Shown here: positions 14,781-27,909 of the stretch, piece by piece | Numbering within the stretch: the first letter of the stretch is position 1 | Layout of the letters: every line of letters starts with the position of its first letter | Assembly (NCBI GenBank): GCA_951406725.2 | Contig: OX597814.1 | Coordinates: 75,206,001 to 75,270,000 of the forward strand | Length of the DNA stretch: 64,000 nucleotides | Source: Octopus vulgaris | Taxonomy: Eukaryota | Direction of reading: 5' to 3' | The notes under the pieces: generated by a model | Told to the model about the DNA's origin: nothing | Seen by the model: the letters and a program-made list of their open reading frames with translations, nothing else | Database searches by the model: none | Program-made: the position numbers and the translations under genes

Positions 14781-15886
14781 TGAGGGTGAGTTGAAAAGTT
14801 CATATGTTGATTATGGAGGAGTGATGCTACAATGGTGAAATCTTACATGCATTAATTTCAACTCTTCTTATTAATAACTGCATTGTTTCTTTCCAGGTAA
14901 ACTGACATCTTACTTTTCAAAGAAGACTTCAAAAGTAATTAGTAGTGGCTTCTCTTGAAAATGGACAAAATCTGTCATCATGGTGTTATCAAGTACCTGC
15001 ACGAAAATGGGTTTAACCAGCAAGGACATTCATGGTGATATGGTTACTACATTAGGGGATGATGCTCCAGTGTTATCAACAATGCAAAAGTGGGCAGCTG
15101 AATTTAGAATTCTGTACAATAATCTTGACATGGCAGGTTTCTGCTTGGTAGGTGTCATGTCTTCTGACATCTAATCAAAAGTGCACCGGATTGATCACAC
15201 AATGGGAAAATCTGACATTGTTTGAGGCATATCCAGCTGGTTTCCTTGAATGTTTCCTAATCCAGGATGAGTGTTGGGTTCTTCACTTTGAGCCAGAGAC
15301 AAAGAGACAATCCATGCACTGGAAATACTTCTCCTCACCTGTTCCAAAGAGCATCTACAGAGAAGATGATGGCTTCAGTTTTTTGAGATGCAAAGGGAAT
15401 TGTGTTTATTGACTATCTTCAAAAGGTTCACACCATCAATGGAGAGTACTATGCCAAATTGCTGAGGCAGTTACAAAAGGCTATTAAAACCAAATGCCCA
15501 GGAAAACTGACAAAAGGAGTCTTGTTTCATTAAGGAAAATGCTCTAGCAACCAAGTCCTTGCTTTCAATGGCTACTGCGTGTGATTGTGACTTTGAACTG
15601 GTTGATCACCCTTCCTATTCTTGTGATTTGGCTATTATCTGTTCTCCAACATAAAAATACATTTGGCTGGGAACTAGTATCGCAGTGATAATGTTGTCAT
15701 ATCTGGTGTTGATGACTTTTGGGACCAACAGGATGAAAGCCAGTTCACCAATAGGATCAAAGCACTGCAACACTGATGGAAGAAGTGTGAGGACTGCAAG
15801 AAGAACTATGTTGAAAAGTATACCTCATTTGGTCACATTCCATGAGAGTATCTAGGTCAGCTTATGAACTTTTCAACTGACCCTTG
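14781..15886 (+). mobile_element. degenerate mariner transposon
   Basis: TIRs tgagggtgagttgaaaagttcatatgttga and tcagcttatgaacttttcaactgacccttg, with TA on the left. Broken transposase from ATG 14961 (MDKICHHGVIKYL), with IQDECWVLHFEPETKRQSMHW (first catalytic D region) and HPSYSCDLA (YSPDL motif). Frameshifts, stops and an internal deletion. Confidence 0.92.
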
Positions 15887-18068
15887 GATTAATTGAATGC
15901 TTACGTTTGAAGCATATAAGGTTATAAAAAAAATCTGATGAAACAATTTACAATCTGATACTCTTAAGTGTTTAACATTCAAGGGTTTATGGTTTGACAT
16001 GAAGATGTGAATTTCAGAGAGTGTTTATCTTGCACAACATTACATGTGCTGTCGTGGATTGCAATACTTAACTGGTAAATAGACAAAAACAATACAATTA
16101 TTTTCTATCTGTAACTGACTGATGTAGCTTAAAGCTACATGGATTCAGCAAGATTCATTATTTAGAAAGGCTTTAGATATTAACTTTGTGGTAAGTGTTT
16201 TCACATTCAAATAACTATGGTAATACAAAAACCAAAATGCACCTGTGGAACCACCTTATTACAATAATGATTATGCTTTGACATGTACACATGATTGAAA
16301 AAAAAAAAAAAAGCCTCTCCTTCTATTATCTACCCTAGCTAATTAAGTAAAAATATAAAGATATCAATTAGTAATAATTGCAAGAACAAAACAGAACTCT
16401 ATCAACATGCCTAACCCAGGAACTGAATCTGGGTTAGAGTTCCTTTAGTTGTTTCATAACTAATATATACATATATATATGCAAACTTTAGGTTAGTTAA
16501 AATATGCTTGTGACATATTGCAGCTAGTAAAGGCAAATTCACTGCAGTTAAGAAAGACAAAAAATTCTCTCTTATCTGCTGAAAGTGGGTGTATTCCCTG
16601 TCATTTAAGTGTGAATTTTCAAACAAAATACATTAAATAAGAGGTAGAGAGGAAACTAATTTCAAATTAAGAAGTACTTAATCTTTTATTATATTTCTAA
16701 ACCCTTATGTATTTCAATTAAATTCTAAAATAATTGTGAATTTAGATTGGTTTCATAAAACAATTCTAACTTTTATATTTATCAACTTATTTATGTGATT
16801 TTTGGAACATGATTGCACAAAAGGTTCTTAACCAGATCTGTTTCATTATTTCTGCCTTAAAGTAAATCTAATTACAGGTAAATACAAGTAAATTCAACAA
16901 AATATAAAATTATTTAAATTTTGTTTAAACATCAGGATAGAAAATGAGTTATTAGCTAATATTCAGTGAGTATACAAAATTTTAATAGAGAAATTACTGG
17001 ATTACTTATCAGTTGAACTTAATTGTACATAAAGGTAAAACTGAATGAAATACTAGAATTACTCTTTGAAGAAAACTAGGAATGAAATACATGCCATCAG
17101 TTAAATGAAATAAACTCACACATGTATATAAATCCATAGAAACACATATAATAAAGATGATTCACAATCAAAATTAATTGTGCTTTGTCATGCATTTTTA
17201 AGGTAAATTAAAATTAAAGTTAAATAAAAAATAAAAACGAGGTAAATTTGAAAAAAAAAAAATTTCGAAATCAAATTTACACACACGCATACACACACCC
17301 ACAGTATTCTTAAAAATGCTTGGATTTCTAACTTTCTTCAAAGTATGTGAGAAACCTCAAAATATCTTTTTTTTTCTCTTTGTTTACGTTCTGTGTAACA
17401 ATTAATTTTTGTAGTAATTGCTTCAAAGGAGAAAATAAAAGAAATAGTCAAATAGTTTCATTTCCAAGAAAAGATTGTGGCTAGGTCTAATATCTTCCTA
17501 AAAAATTACTAAAAAAAACCCAGTTTTTAAATGCTTACTATATTCAGATACAAATTCATTTTCCTTTTTTATTCACTATCAGAACTGAAGTCTGAATTGT
17601 TTCACTTTAGGTAAAAAGAAATTCCTGATTCATAATCACAGACATGGTTTTTATGTTTGCCATAGATTTTCTTAGATTTTTCTGTCTTCTTTTGAAAATA
17701 CTTTGAACTCAAAATTCAGTGCTTGGCAACATGAAACTGGTATCCATTTTTCATCCATAGTGAAAAAAAACTCTCCAAAAATTCGCAACATTCAGATATC
17801 ATGTACAATTAATAGTGCATAGTGCAACTCAATTGTTTACGTAGTGAAACCATGTGTTTGCACAAATGTACTAAGATTTCCACTGAAATTCTCATTTAAA
17901 TAACAAATAGGTCATTTCAGGCAGTTTTGGTAATAATAATGACGATTTTTTCGGGAGGCTACAGCTGGGTTAGTAACCAAGACATTAAAAGTATAATAGG
18001 TCTGCTTTGTCTTTATACAATTTTACACCTTTCTGCTGCAGGTCTTTTTTTTTCCCACCTGAAATCTA

Positions 18069-18979
18069 TTCGGTCATGCCATAAATAATGTGTTGTTTTT
18101 TTTATACTTCTTTCATTTTTCAAAATTAAGATAAACAAAGTTCTTTTTTAATCTAAAATATGCTCTCCATTTTCTACAATGCTCTTCCATCTATCTGGTA
18201 GACTTGTAAGATTCCTCTTCCAAAATTCACTTGTTCGTGACAAAAAATATTCCTCCAGTACTGTTTTCACCTTGTCTGCAGAATACATATTTTTTCTGTC
18301 CAAATGATTTTGAAGATTGCAGAATAAATGATAATCTGACAGGGCAATGTCTGGTGAATATAGTGGGTGGGGTATCATTTCCCATTCAAGCTGCTCCAGC
18401 TTTTGAAATGTCATTCTCACTGTATGTGGGTGAGCATTATCTTGATATAAGAACACTTTTCGCCTTGAAACCAAAGTTGATCATTTTCCGATGGTACTTA
18501 GGTGTCTATGAAATAGTTGAATGACCAAATCCAAACTTCTCTGCTAGTTCCTCAACAGTTATGATGGGATTTTGTTCCACCAGGGTTTGCGGGATATCCT
18601 CACTGAGTCCTACAGATGAGGCTCATCTTCTAGGCTGTAGTTTCTGGCTTGGAATTTCTCCAACCACCATTGACACAGGCTTACGCATATTGTCCGATCC
18701 CCATATACTGCATTAATATTCCTCGCACTTTCTGTTGTGTTGCTGCCTTTATTGAACTCATAGAGCAAAATATGCCGAATATGCTCTTTTGTCACTTCCA
18801 TTATAGCTTTGAAATAATAACTGTTAAAATTGAACTGCAGTCTTCAAAACTTGCACTAAGTACAAGGTAAAATTACTACCTGCTTTTATAGCAAGTTGAT
18901 GTAGGTAGTTTATCTTGTCCCCCTCCAACTTTTAGTTCATGCAATTGAAAAAAACCACATTATTTATGAGATGACCCAA
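18069..18979 (-). mobile_element. internally deleted mariner transposon
   Basis: TA-flanked TIRs ttcggtcatgccataaataatgtg and cacattatttatgagatgacccaa. N-terminal HTH MEVTKEHIRHILLYEFNKG and C-terminal QDNAHPH...PHPLYSPDIALSDYHLF (DD34D). The central region with the first D is missing. Confidence 0.93.
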
Positions 18980-19340
18980 TATCATTGTATAAATAAATGA
19001 TAAACAGATATATTGTAATACAATATTCTTATTAACACCAAACACATTCACCATGTCAGGTCTGATAAACACACCCAACAAGTGAAATGTAGTTCAACCT
19101 ACTGAAGTTAGATGCACACTTCTCATTAATCACACATTTAAATGTCATACTGAACAATATAGTTCCTGCAATACAAATAATGGGATTGTCACAAAGAGAA
19201 TACTTTTTTCATAGCTTTTTGATTACAACTACTCTGGGACATGATAACATCACGGTTTCCTTTGGGTCAATGAGACAAGGCTTTTATGCAGGCATGCAAC
19301 CTGTTAAATATAGCAGCTACTAGATTTCCCTCAAATCATA

Positions 19341-20627
19341 CAGGGTAGGGGCAGAGAGGATGGACGTTTTTGAAATGAATATTAATTAGCTCCAAGGGGA
19401 GGGAGATAATACAACAGTTACCATTCGGTCTGTGGTGTTTTACTTTTTTTTTTTCCTTGAAGTGAAGCCATGGCATTGTGGATGATAGAGCATTGTGTGT
19501 TTGCCTATGACAGTTACGTGGAGAATAACAAGTCTGTCACAGAAGTTCAGCATGAGTTTCAGCACTACTTCAGCATTCACCGAAATCAGGATGTTCCCAC
19601 CTGTAACACAATCTTACGATGGGTGAATGCACTTTGTACACAAGGTACACCAATGAATAGGAAACTGGTGGAGGTGTCGCAAACAGTATGGACCCTGGAA
19701 ATGTAGAACGCATGAGACAAGTTTTGATATGGAGCCTGAATTACTCTGCTTGGGGGCATTCCACTAAACATTGCATCGGTAATCGATCGATAAGGCATAT
19801 TTTACATGAAGATCTGCATTTCCACCCATACAAATTGGTCATTGGGCAACAATTGAAACCATGGGACTATGCACAACAGCTTAATTTTGTATGTCAGACG
19901 GAAGCAATTTTTGAGGCAACTTCATCTTGTTAATGAGTGATGAAGCTCATTTTCATCTCAGTGGCATGTGAATCAATAGAATTGTCTTTATTAGGCTCTT
20001 GAAAATCCAAGAGAACTGCATGAAAGACCACAGCACAGTCCAAAAGTGATGGTCTGGTGTGTTGTTGAAAAAGCTATCATCATTGGTCCTTATATTTTTG
20101 AAGAGAATAATGGAAATGCTGTTCCTGTGACCTCTGAGCATTACATCTAGATGATAAACAATTTCTTTGTGCCTGAATTACAATGAAAACATGCCTATTT
20201 GATGTGTGTGTTTTCAGCATTCTTAGCCCTCTCTTTCATGACCACCACATTTCCAGGCTTGCTGACATGACTTGGCTCCCTTAGTCCTCTGATTTGTCTA
20301 TGTGCAATCATTTCTTGTGGGGAAACCTCAAGGCACTTGTGTATGCACACAAGCCTTGTACATTGGATAATTTGAAGGAAGCTATTCACATGGAAATTGC
20401 CCAAATTGACAGAGTAATGCTGGAGAGAGTGGAGGCTAACTTCCAAGAATACCTTCAGAAATGCATCGATGAAAACAGACACCACATGATGGATGTTATT
20501 TTTCATGCTTAATTTTGACAAATGCTAATTCAATACAAACACATTGATGTCAATAAAATTTGTTTGCAGCTAAAATTAATGATTTTGTAAATTTTTCAAG
20601 AATGTCCATCCTCTCTGCCCCACCCTG
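19341..20627 (+). mobile_element. degenerate Tc1/mariner superfamily element, DUF4817-type (rosa/DD41D-like)
   Basis: TA-flanked TIRs cagggtaggggcagagaggatggac and gtccatcctctctgccccaccctg. Peptide relics SVTEVQHEFQHYF...PTCNTILRWV, HEDLHFHPYKL, MSDEAHFHLSG, HSPKVMVWC and FLWGNLKALVY. The subfamily assignment is inference. Confidence 0.9.
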
Positions 20628-20764
20628 TACCATTATAAATTAGAAAAGGAAACAGGCTATGTACTCATATATATATATATGGATTTAAGATATATTGGTG
20701 TATTGAATGAAATCAAATGTTGGCACATGTCATACCTTTTGTGTCATAAATGTAGATTTCTCTA

Positions 20765-21118
20765 GGCACAGGCATGGCTGTGTGGTAAGAAGTTTCTTTC
20801 CCAACCACATGATTCAAAGTTCAGTATCACAGCATGGTACCTTGGGCAAGTGTTTTCTACTATATATAGCCCTGTGAATGGATTTGTAGACGAAAATAGA
20901 GAGAAGCCCATTGTATATAGACGTGTGTGTGTGTCATTGTCTGTCTCTCACCAATGCTTGACAACCAGAGGTGGGCTGTTTATGTCCCCGTAACTTTGTA
21001 CTTTGGCAAAAAGGATTGAAAGAATAAGTACTGGGGCTGATATGTGTGACTAAACTGTTCAAGGTGGTGCCCCAGCATTGTTGCAGCTTAATGACTGAAA
21101 CAAGTAAAAGTAAAAAGA
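20765..21118 (+). mobile_element. tRNA-derived CORE-like SINE with internal (GT)n
   Basis: ggcacaggcatggctgtgtggtaagaag...cttgggcaagtg...gactgaaacaagtaaaag. Reverse-complement relatives at about 30628-30875 and 13290-13450. Confidence 0.8.
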
Positions 21119-22037
21119 CAGCTACATAGCACTCTCTAAGAACCAAGGTTATGTATAAGTACCAGTTACACACTAGGGTTGATGTAATCAACTTGATCCC
21201 TTTGTCTGTCCTTGTTTGTCTCCTCTATGTTTAGCCCCCAGTGGGCAATAAGAAATAAATAATAGAGAAGACATATATGGATGAGCAGTAGTCAACACCC
21301 ATGTATATTTGTGACACAGTATTTTCTTCACTATCAATGATAATGCTGTCAGTTTCTTTCTTGTACCATTAACAAAATAACACATCATCTGAGATTAAAT
21401 GCTTACCAATGTGAAATGTTTCTGTCATCTAACCTCAATTTTGCACTTCATGGAAATCAGTCAAACCAGCAGAATGGAATTTAAAATTCCTAATTTTGAA
21501 TAGATACTGTGACTTTATTTTACATGGAAACCCACAAACCAAAGTAACTACTGAAAAATCATTCGGCCAACTCACTTGAAACTGCCACTGGTTCTATAAT
21601 ACATTTGTTTCAAACATTAGCTTAATAAGGACAAACCTATTTAACTAAATTCTTCATTATTTTCATAATTAACAGAAGCAAAGGCAGCATATTTCAAAAG
21701 AAAAATGGTAACAAAAAGCATTCAAGGGCTCAGATTAATCCAACTGCTGCTCTATGATTTGCACATGGTTCCTTAATTTAGAGGGAATGTTTTGAACTTC
21801 CATAAATATTTCTTTTAATCAGAAATTTGTTTGGTAAATGCGGATCTGATGTTAAACAATAACTCTACGAACAACACTCTTAATTAACTTAAAAGAATGC
21901 TCCCCATTAACTTCAGAACCAAAAAATCATTTCAGGTGCTCAGATCTTTTTAAGAAAATGTTTGGAATTGATCAATCACACATTCCCCTAGCATTAGACA
22001 GCTGCATTAAATAAGTCTGAACAGGAAAATTACTTAC

Positions 22038-22203
22038 CCGTCCATGCGGTAGTCAGGAAGGGATCTATTTAATGATATCATGTCACTAGCCACTAAATTG
22101 AATTGATTAATTTTAAATTTTTCTTTAGACTCTTGCTGCCTGTATGCTGGTACAATGACTGGTTTTCCATACTCCCCAGGACCTACTGGATGTGGTATCA
22201 AAA
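22038..22203 (-). CDS. GALNT1: GALNT1/13-type exon (end of stem, start of catalytic region)
   Basis: Translates [54 protein letters not shown](G), the typical GPGE.GKPV...[22 protein letters not shown] block. Acceptor catttcag| and donor GG|gtaagt; 166 nt, phase 1 to phase 2. The terminal GG joins the first G of the 7913 exon to make Gly. Confidence 0.96.
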
Positions 22204-22989
22204 CTGAAATGAAATGCAAATAATTTAATTAGAATAAAAACAGTAAGATGAATTTAAAAAGGTACTGATAAGTTGGAAATAATCATTGGCTTCAGTGATG
22301 CAGAACTACTGTAACTTACACACCACACTAGTGGTAGTAGATAATCAATAATACAGTAGTATAATTTTATGTCATCCAAACCTACCTTAGTCAATCAATA
22401 GACTAACTTACTATCATATCAAGGTGTCAATTTAACTTCCAATTTATCAAAAACAAAAAGATTGATAATTAGGTTTGTTACAAATACATCAGCTTTGAGG
22501 GATTCTAAAATAAGAAAGGTTTCCAATTCTGAAGAATCAACTCTCCCAAGCACAGAGTAACAATCACCCACATTAACAGGGATCATAAAAAGTTTCATTT
22601 CCATAAGAATACAGTAAATGAAACAGTATGACTCCCATATTGTAGTTATTATAAGTGGAAGGTTCTCAGGGTCAAGATTACATTGGTAAGTTTTACAAAG
22701 CAATGCACTGCCCCCACAAAATTGAAGTTAATCTTAAGTTAATCACTATGTCAACCTTCCCTTACATACACTGAACAGCAAAAGAAGTGCGATATTTTCA
22801 AACATCATTTTTATAAGGTAAATTCTGAAAATTAATTTTGGTGATGTAAGTGTAAATATTCCAAGACATGTACCCAAGCTATATGCACCGCACTTACAGA
22901 AACACACTCTTAGTACATCTAATGTAACTTGATATAGTGATATGCACAATCTATAGTAACATTATATGCACAATATATAGTAACGTTAA

Positions 22990-24930
22990 ATAATTTTGCA
23001 TATGTAGAAAATTTTTTATCTTTATGTACTATTTATTTATAATAATAATATGTACTTTATTTATTCAATTAATGAGCGAAGTATTTGATCTAAATATAAA
23101 TTACTTTACTTATATAATAAGTTTAATTTATTAGTTAGTATTTGTTTTGAATATTAATTTGATATATAATATATATTTGTTATAAATGACAGTCTAGTTT
23201 ATGGTTTGCAGTAATTTTTTTTTATATATTAGTCAACATGACTTTGTATTATATATTTCGAATTAGATTTATTTAGATGTTTATTTAATTAATTAATACA
23301 ATCTATTAATGAATATTAATTACATTATAGTTTTTAAATTAACTTAAGTTTATTGAATTAGTGGTTATAATATTGATACTGATTGAATTAGTACTGAGTT
23401 TATATAGAATGGGTCTAAAAGTTGATTTGTTTGAATAAAGGTTGGGCTCCAGCGTAACCATATTTATACATATGAAACAAATAAATTTGTATAAGAGTAT
23501 TAGAGAATATACAGTAAATTGTAGTTGTATAAATTAATTTTACTATATGGTGATTTGAGTATATTTTATAATAGTTAATTCTAAATTTTTGTTTTCTAGT
23601 GAATGATATTCTAGTGTATAGTGATTTTATTCTCTTTTTCTGTTAAAGCTAAAATATATTTGTAGTTTTCATTGATAAAATGTATATTTCCATCTGTTTG
23701 TTTTATTTCTTTAAGTAATGTAATTCACGAGTAATTTATAAATGCTAAATAAGATGTTTTTCGTTTTGAAATTTTTTAGTTAATAATACGCCTTTTAGAG
23801 AGATAAGTAGACTCTTTTATTTAAGAGTTAATGTTAATTTAGATATGTACATTTATTTAATTATTATTATTTTATAATTATTATATCTGAACATAAATTT
23901 TAAAATATTAGTTAGTCACTTTGGGATCTAGATCGTAAAAATGTTTTAATTTAACTAAAAGTTTCTTATTATATTTCCAGTACTATTACATTTAATAATA
24001 ATAGTAATAATAAAAATTTTATAAAGATAAGTTATATGTTTTTACTTTGGAATTTTTCAATTCTTATTTTTTATTTCATAAATATTTTTGAAAGATATCT
24101 ATAATATTTATGTAAGTAATAATGGACTAATTTATTTATTGTTTATATGTTTATTGATAGAAAAAATATAGATTTTTAATTACTATATTTGTTGATTATA
24201 ATTTAGATACTTACTTTTATGTATTTATTATTTTATAATTATTATAGGCGAACTAAAATCTAAAAATATTAAGAATAATTGTTTTGTAAAATAGTTTGGT
24301 AATTAAATATTAGAGTATAACTAAGTTAAAGATATTCTATAGTTTATTAATGTTTTTTAATAAGCTAAATTATATCTTCACAGATAAATACATTTTTCTA
24401 TCTATTTACTCTATTTTTTTACCTTAAATATTTAACATAATAAATGTATTGTAGGAAACTGATCCTAATGTTTTAAGTTTCAAATTTAGTTAATGGAGGT
24501 TTTTCTATAAGAAAAATCATTATTTAATTTTTTAAAATAAATATTGTTTAACTCTATTTGCTTATCTATTTAACTATTATTGTTAACCTGAAGAGTGACT
24601 ATAATTTTAAATTGAATTGATTTTTGATTAAATTTAAATTTAATTGTAATTCGAATTTAATTATTGTCATGAAATGTACGTAGTTTTTTTTAACTTATTA
24701 TATATTGATTATTCATTTTTATACTTTTTGTGATCTAGTTATATGTTTTATAAAAATATTTTATATTTTATTTATGATTTGGTTTATGTCTATCATTTTT
24801 GAATTGCATAATAGTGGTTTTTTCTCTAATTTACATATTATATTTTTATATTGTGAAATTTGATTTAATACTAAATTGAATTTTTCCCTGTAAGTTTGGA
24901 GTTATACTCCCTAATATTATTATTATTATA
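22990..24930. mobile_element. extremely AT-rich, strand-skewed decayed element, probably Penelope-like
   Basis: T-rich and C-poor on the plus strand, bounded on the right by a (TA)n tract, and contains the hammerhead at 24582-24694. Only weak minus-strand peptide resemblances to PLE RT (YSNHH, NSTGNIIRNF). Confidence 0.5.
24582..24694 (+). ncRNA. type I hammerhead ribozyme motif (Penelope pLTR type) with extended helix II
   Basis: aac-CTGAAGA(24588-24594)-gtgac...gtcat-GAAA(24671-24674)-tgtacg-TA|gtt. Both core boxes are intact, with a GUA triplet, a palindromic GTAC stem-III loop and a ~20-bp AT-rich helix II. Confidence 0.75.
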
Positions 24931-24934
24931 TATG

Positions 24935-25040
24935 AATATATATATATATATATATACGAATATACATATATATATGTATATATAACTTACCTTTATATAT
25001 ATATATATACCTATATATATTCATATATATACACATATAC
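24935..25040. repeat. interrupted (TA)n microsatellite between two hammerhead-bearing repeats
   Basis: Seen directly. Confidence 0.9.
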
Positions 25041-25455
25041 AAATTGAGATAGGGGTTGTAAATGCAACCCTCCATGGGATAACATATATCCAATATACTG
25101 CTAGTGAAGTACCCAACAAAGTTAATACATAAATGTTAAGGATTGCGATGCAATCAATTCATTTACTGTATTATATGGGCAAAGGTAAAATGATTTACCA
25201 CAAATTACTAATACAAGATAAGAAAATGGAGAAATACATCTAAATCAAATATCAATTATCAGATAATACTCAATCACATACTTTATTAAACCACCACATA
25301 AGAGACTGTAGGGTTAAACATAAAAAAGCAGAACAAATCAGTGTACACAAAGGAATGTACATAAAAAAGTGTACATAAAAGAGTAATATTGTATAAGTAG
25401 AATATATATAAAAAAGAGAATATAAATATAAGTAAATATAAATATAAGTATAGAT

Positions 25456-25588
25456 TACATCTTACAGCTGTTTCGGCCATGTAGATAAGTATGTCTCATT
25501 TTACCAATATTAGCGTTTTATGGTAGGTCAATATATGGATATAAATGAGACATTTACAAAAGTATCATAAGGCCTCTTTGGAGATATA
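25456..25588 (-). ncRNA. degenerate type I hammerhead ribozyme motif with extended helix II
   Basis: Minus strand tatatct-CCAAAGA-ggcc...ggcc-GAAA-cagctg-TA|agatgta. Stem I is 7 bp, stem III is palindromic, and there is an internal 11-bp inverted repeat atgtctcattt/aaatgagacat. The CUGANGA box is mutated. Confidence 0.65.
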
Positions 25589-27623
25589 CATATACAAATG
25601 AGTGCATATACTCACACTCCTATACATAAAAAAATATACATATACATAATAATGTAAATAAATAATATAAATTAGTAAACATATATGTTCCACATCCAAT
25701 GTTTCAGTTTCTCAACTTAATATTGTGATAATAAACATACACATATTAGTACCTAGATGCAAATATACATAGTCAATAGTACATTATATTACTTCCTACT
25801 AATTTCCAAAGTGTCATTAAAGTTAGCATCATTATAGTTGTCAATACCATTAATGCTACCATCATTATCATTCATAATATTGTTAATATCGCTTACGTTA
25901 GGATCCAAAGTGGCACACATTTATGTCCGGGTTCCATTTAGTAATTTTCCTTATGACATAAATACACTATTGGATTTGAATTTAAATTATCATTGTCTTC
26001 CTCATGGTTGGTCTGTTGAGAGCCGCCCCCACACCGCACAAGAAAAACATACACATCTACATCCAACCCTAAACCCACTCGTCCACATAAAGACCCACAC
26101 ACACATGACTAAACCCCGACACATCGTTACACATTCACTAGATTGCAGAGTGCATGTCTGTCATCGCATGACTTAGACAAATCAGTACAGGCCGCAGTGT
26201 CTATACACTAACACACACTCACACGCACATCCGTATATACTCATAGATATTAATACAATCTCATATACTGTATCAGGGAACATTCGCACACACATATATA
26301 CATATTTAAATATATGTCTGCGCACTCATACGTACAAATAAAACCTATACTTATATCCACCCATGAATAAATATTTGCATATACATATCCAAATACGCAC
26401 CTGCGTACTCATATGTATAAGAAAAACCTACATCCGTACATCCACCTACGAACATACCTATACGTACAAAAACATACATACGTACATACACATTTTCACA
26501 CACCTCGAAACCTCAACCCACATCCACTAAATCATAAATTAAAAATATATGTCTGCCCATCCAAAGACGTATATATATATACACAAAAAGTAAACAGAAG
26601 TTACTATTAACTTAGATATAAGTTCATTAATTATAAATTAAATTAACTTAATTATAAGTTAGTAAGTGCCAAATAAACAAAAATAATTAAATAAATAAAT
26701 ATATATATATATATATCCATGTATAGATAAATAGATAAATAAAATGGAATACAAATTAAGAAGAGTACAAAGATAAACCTAATATAGTAAATATAAGTGG
26801 ATACGCTGAAATGCAAGCATATGCACATACATGAGCATGCACGCCCCGCACGGACACGCAAATTCATGGCCGGGCCCACACGTACACGTCCCTTCCGCAC
26901 GCACGATCACCGAGATGCATACCAGAACACGCGAATGTCCACAAGCGCAGCGCGTGTGAGTGTACACGTTGATGCACATGCGTGGACGCACTCGCGCATG
27001 CATGCGTAGGCGCACAAACCCGGGTGCAGCACCACCCGAGCCCATGCTTGTGCAGCAGAAATACAACAACCCCCAACAAACCAACCATAAAAAAAAAACC
27101 CTTATATGCTCATCAGGATAAATAACTTATACTAATTATAGACTCTCACATATTACATATTGGTATCTTGTATATATATATATTCATTCATATATATATA
27201 CATATATTCATATATACACACACACACACACACACAGATATAAATATATACAAATATAGAAATATAGACATACATATACAATCAGGTATATACATATATA
27301 TTGAAGGTAATAAAAATGAAACAAATATATATAGATACATTATGAAAGGAATTGAAATTGAAACCATGTAATAGTGAAAGTATTAATAGAGATGTTATTG
27401 CTTCACTTTCGAAACATGATACTAAAATATTGTAAGACGTAAGAAATTGCTCCAGGCTCACATTAAGCAAAAAGTTGAAAATTTTTTCTGCCCTATGACA
27501 CTGCATGGACCCTAAGTATGGCATGTGTAAAATTTGGGTAGCTCTTGAGTTCTAGTGATGCACACATACAGACAGATATATATATATATATATATATGTA
27601 AGTATGTATGTATGTATGTGTGT

Positions 27624-27909
27624 AAAAGCACCATCCAAACGTGGTTGATGCCAGGTCTGCTAGACTGGCTCCTGTGCCGATGGCACATAAAAAGCACCAA
27701 CCGATCATGCCCGATGCCAGTACCCCTTGACTGGCTCCTGTGCCTGTAGCAAGTAAAAAGCACCAAGTGGTTGGCGTTAGGAAGGGTATCCAGCTGTAGA
27801 AACATTGCCAGATTAGGTTGGAGCCTGGTGCAGCCACTGATTCTCCAGACCCCAGTCAAACCGACCAACCCATGCCAGGATGGAAAACGGATGTTAAACA
27901 ATGATGATG

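Noticed and set aside
22860-24500. mitochondrial insertion (NUMT)
   Set aside because: The composition is suggestive, but I found no convincing rRNA, tRNA or OXPHOS motif. The hammerhead favours a retroelement.
25690-27120. split hammerhead (CTGATGA at 27110-27116, GAAAC near 25701-25705, minus strand)
   Set aside because: Helix II closing pairs and the NUH triplet do not fit, and the halves are 1.4 kb apart.
27624-27770. CRISPR-like periodic repeats
   Set aside because: These are tandem 66-bp units within a eukaryotic retro-repeat, with no unique spacers and no cas genes.
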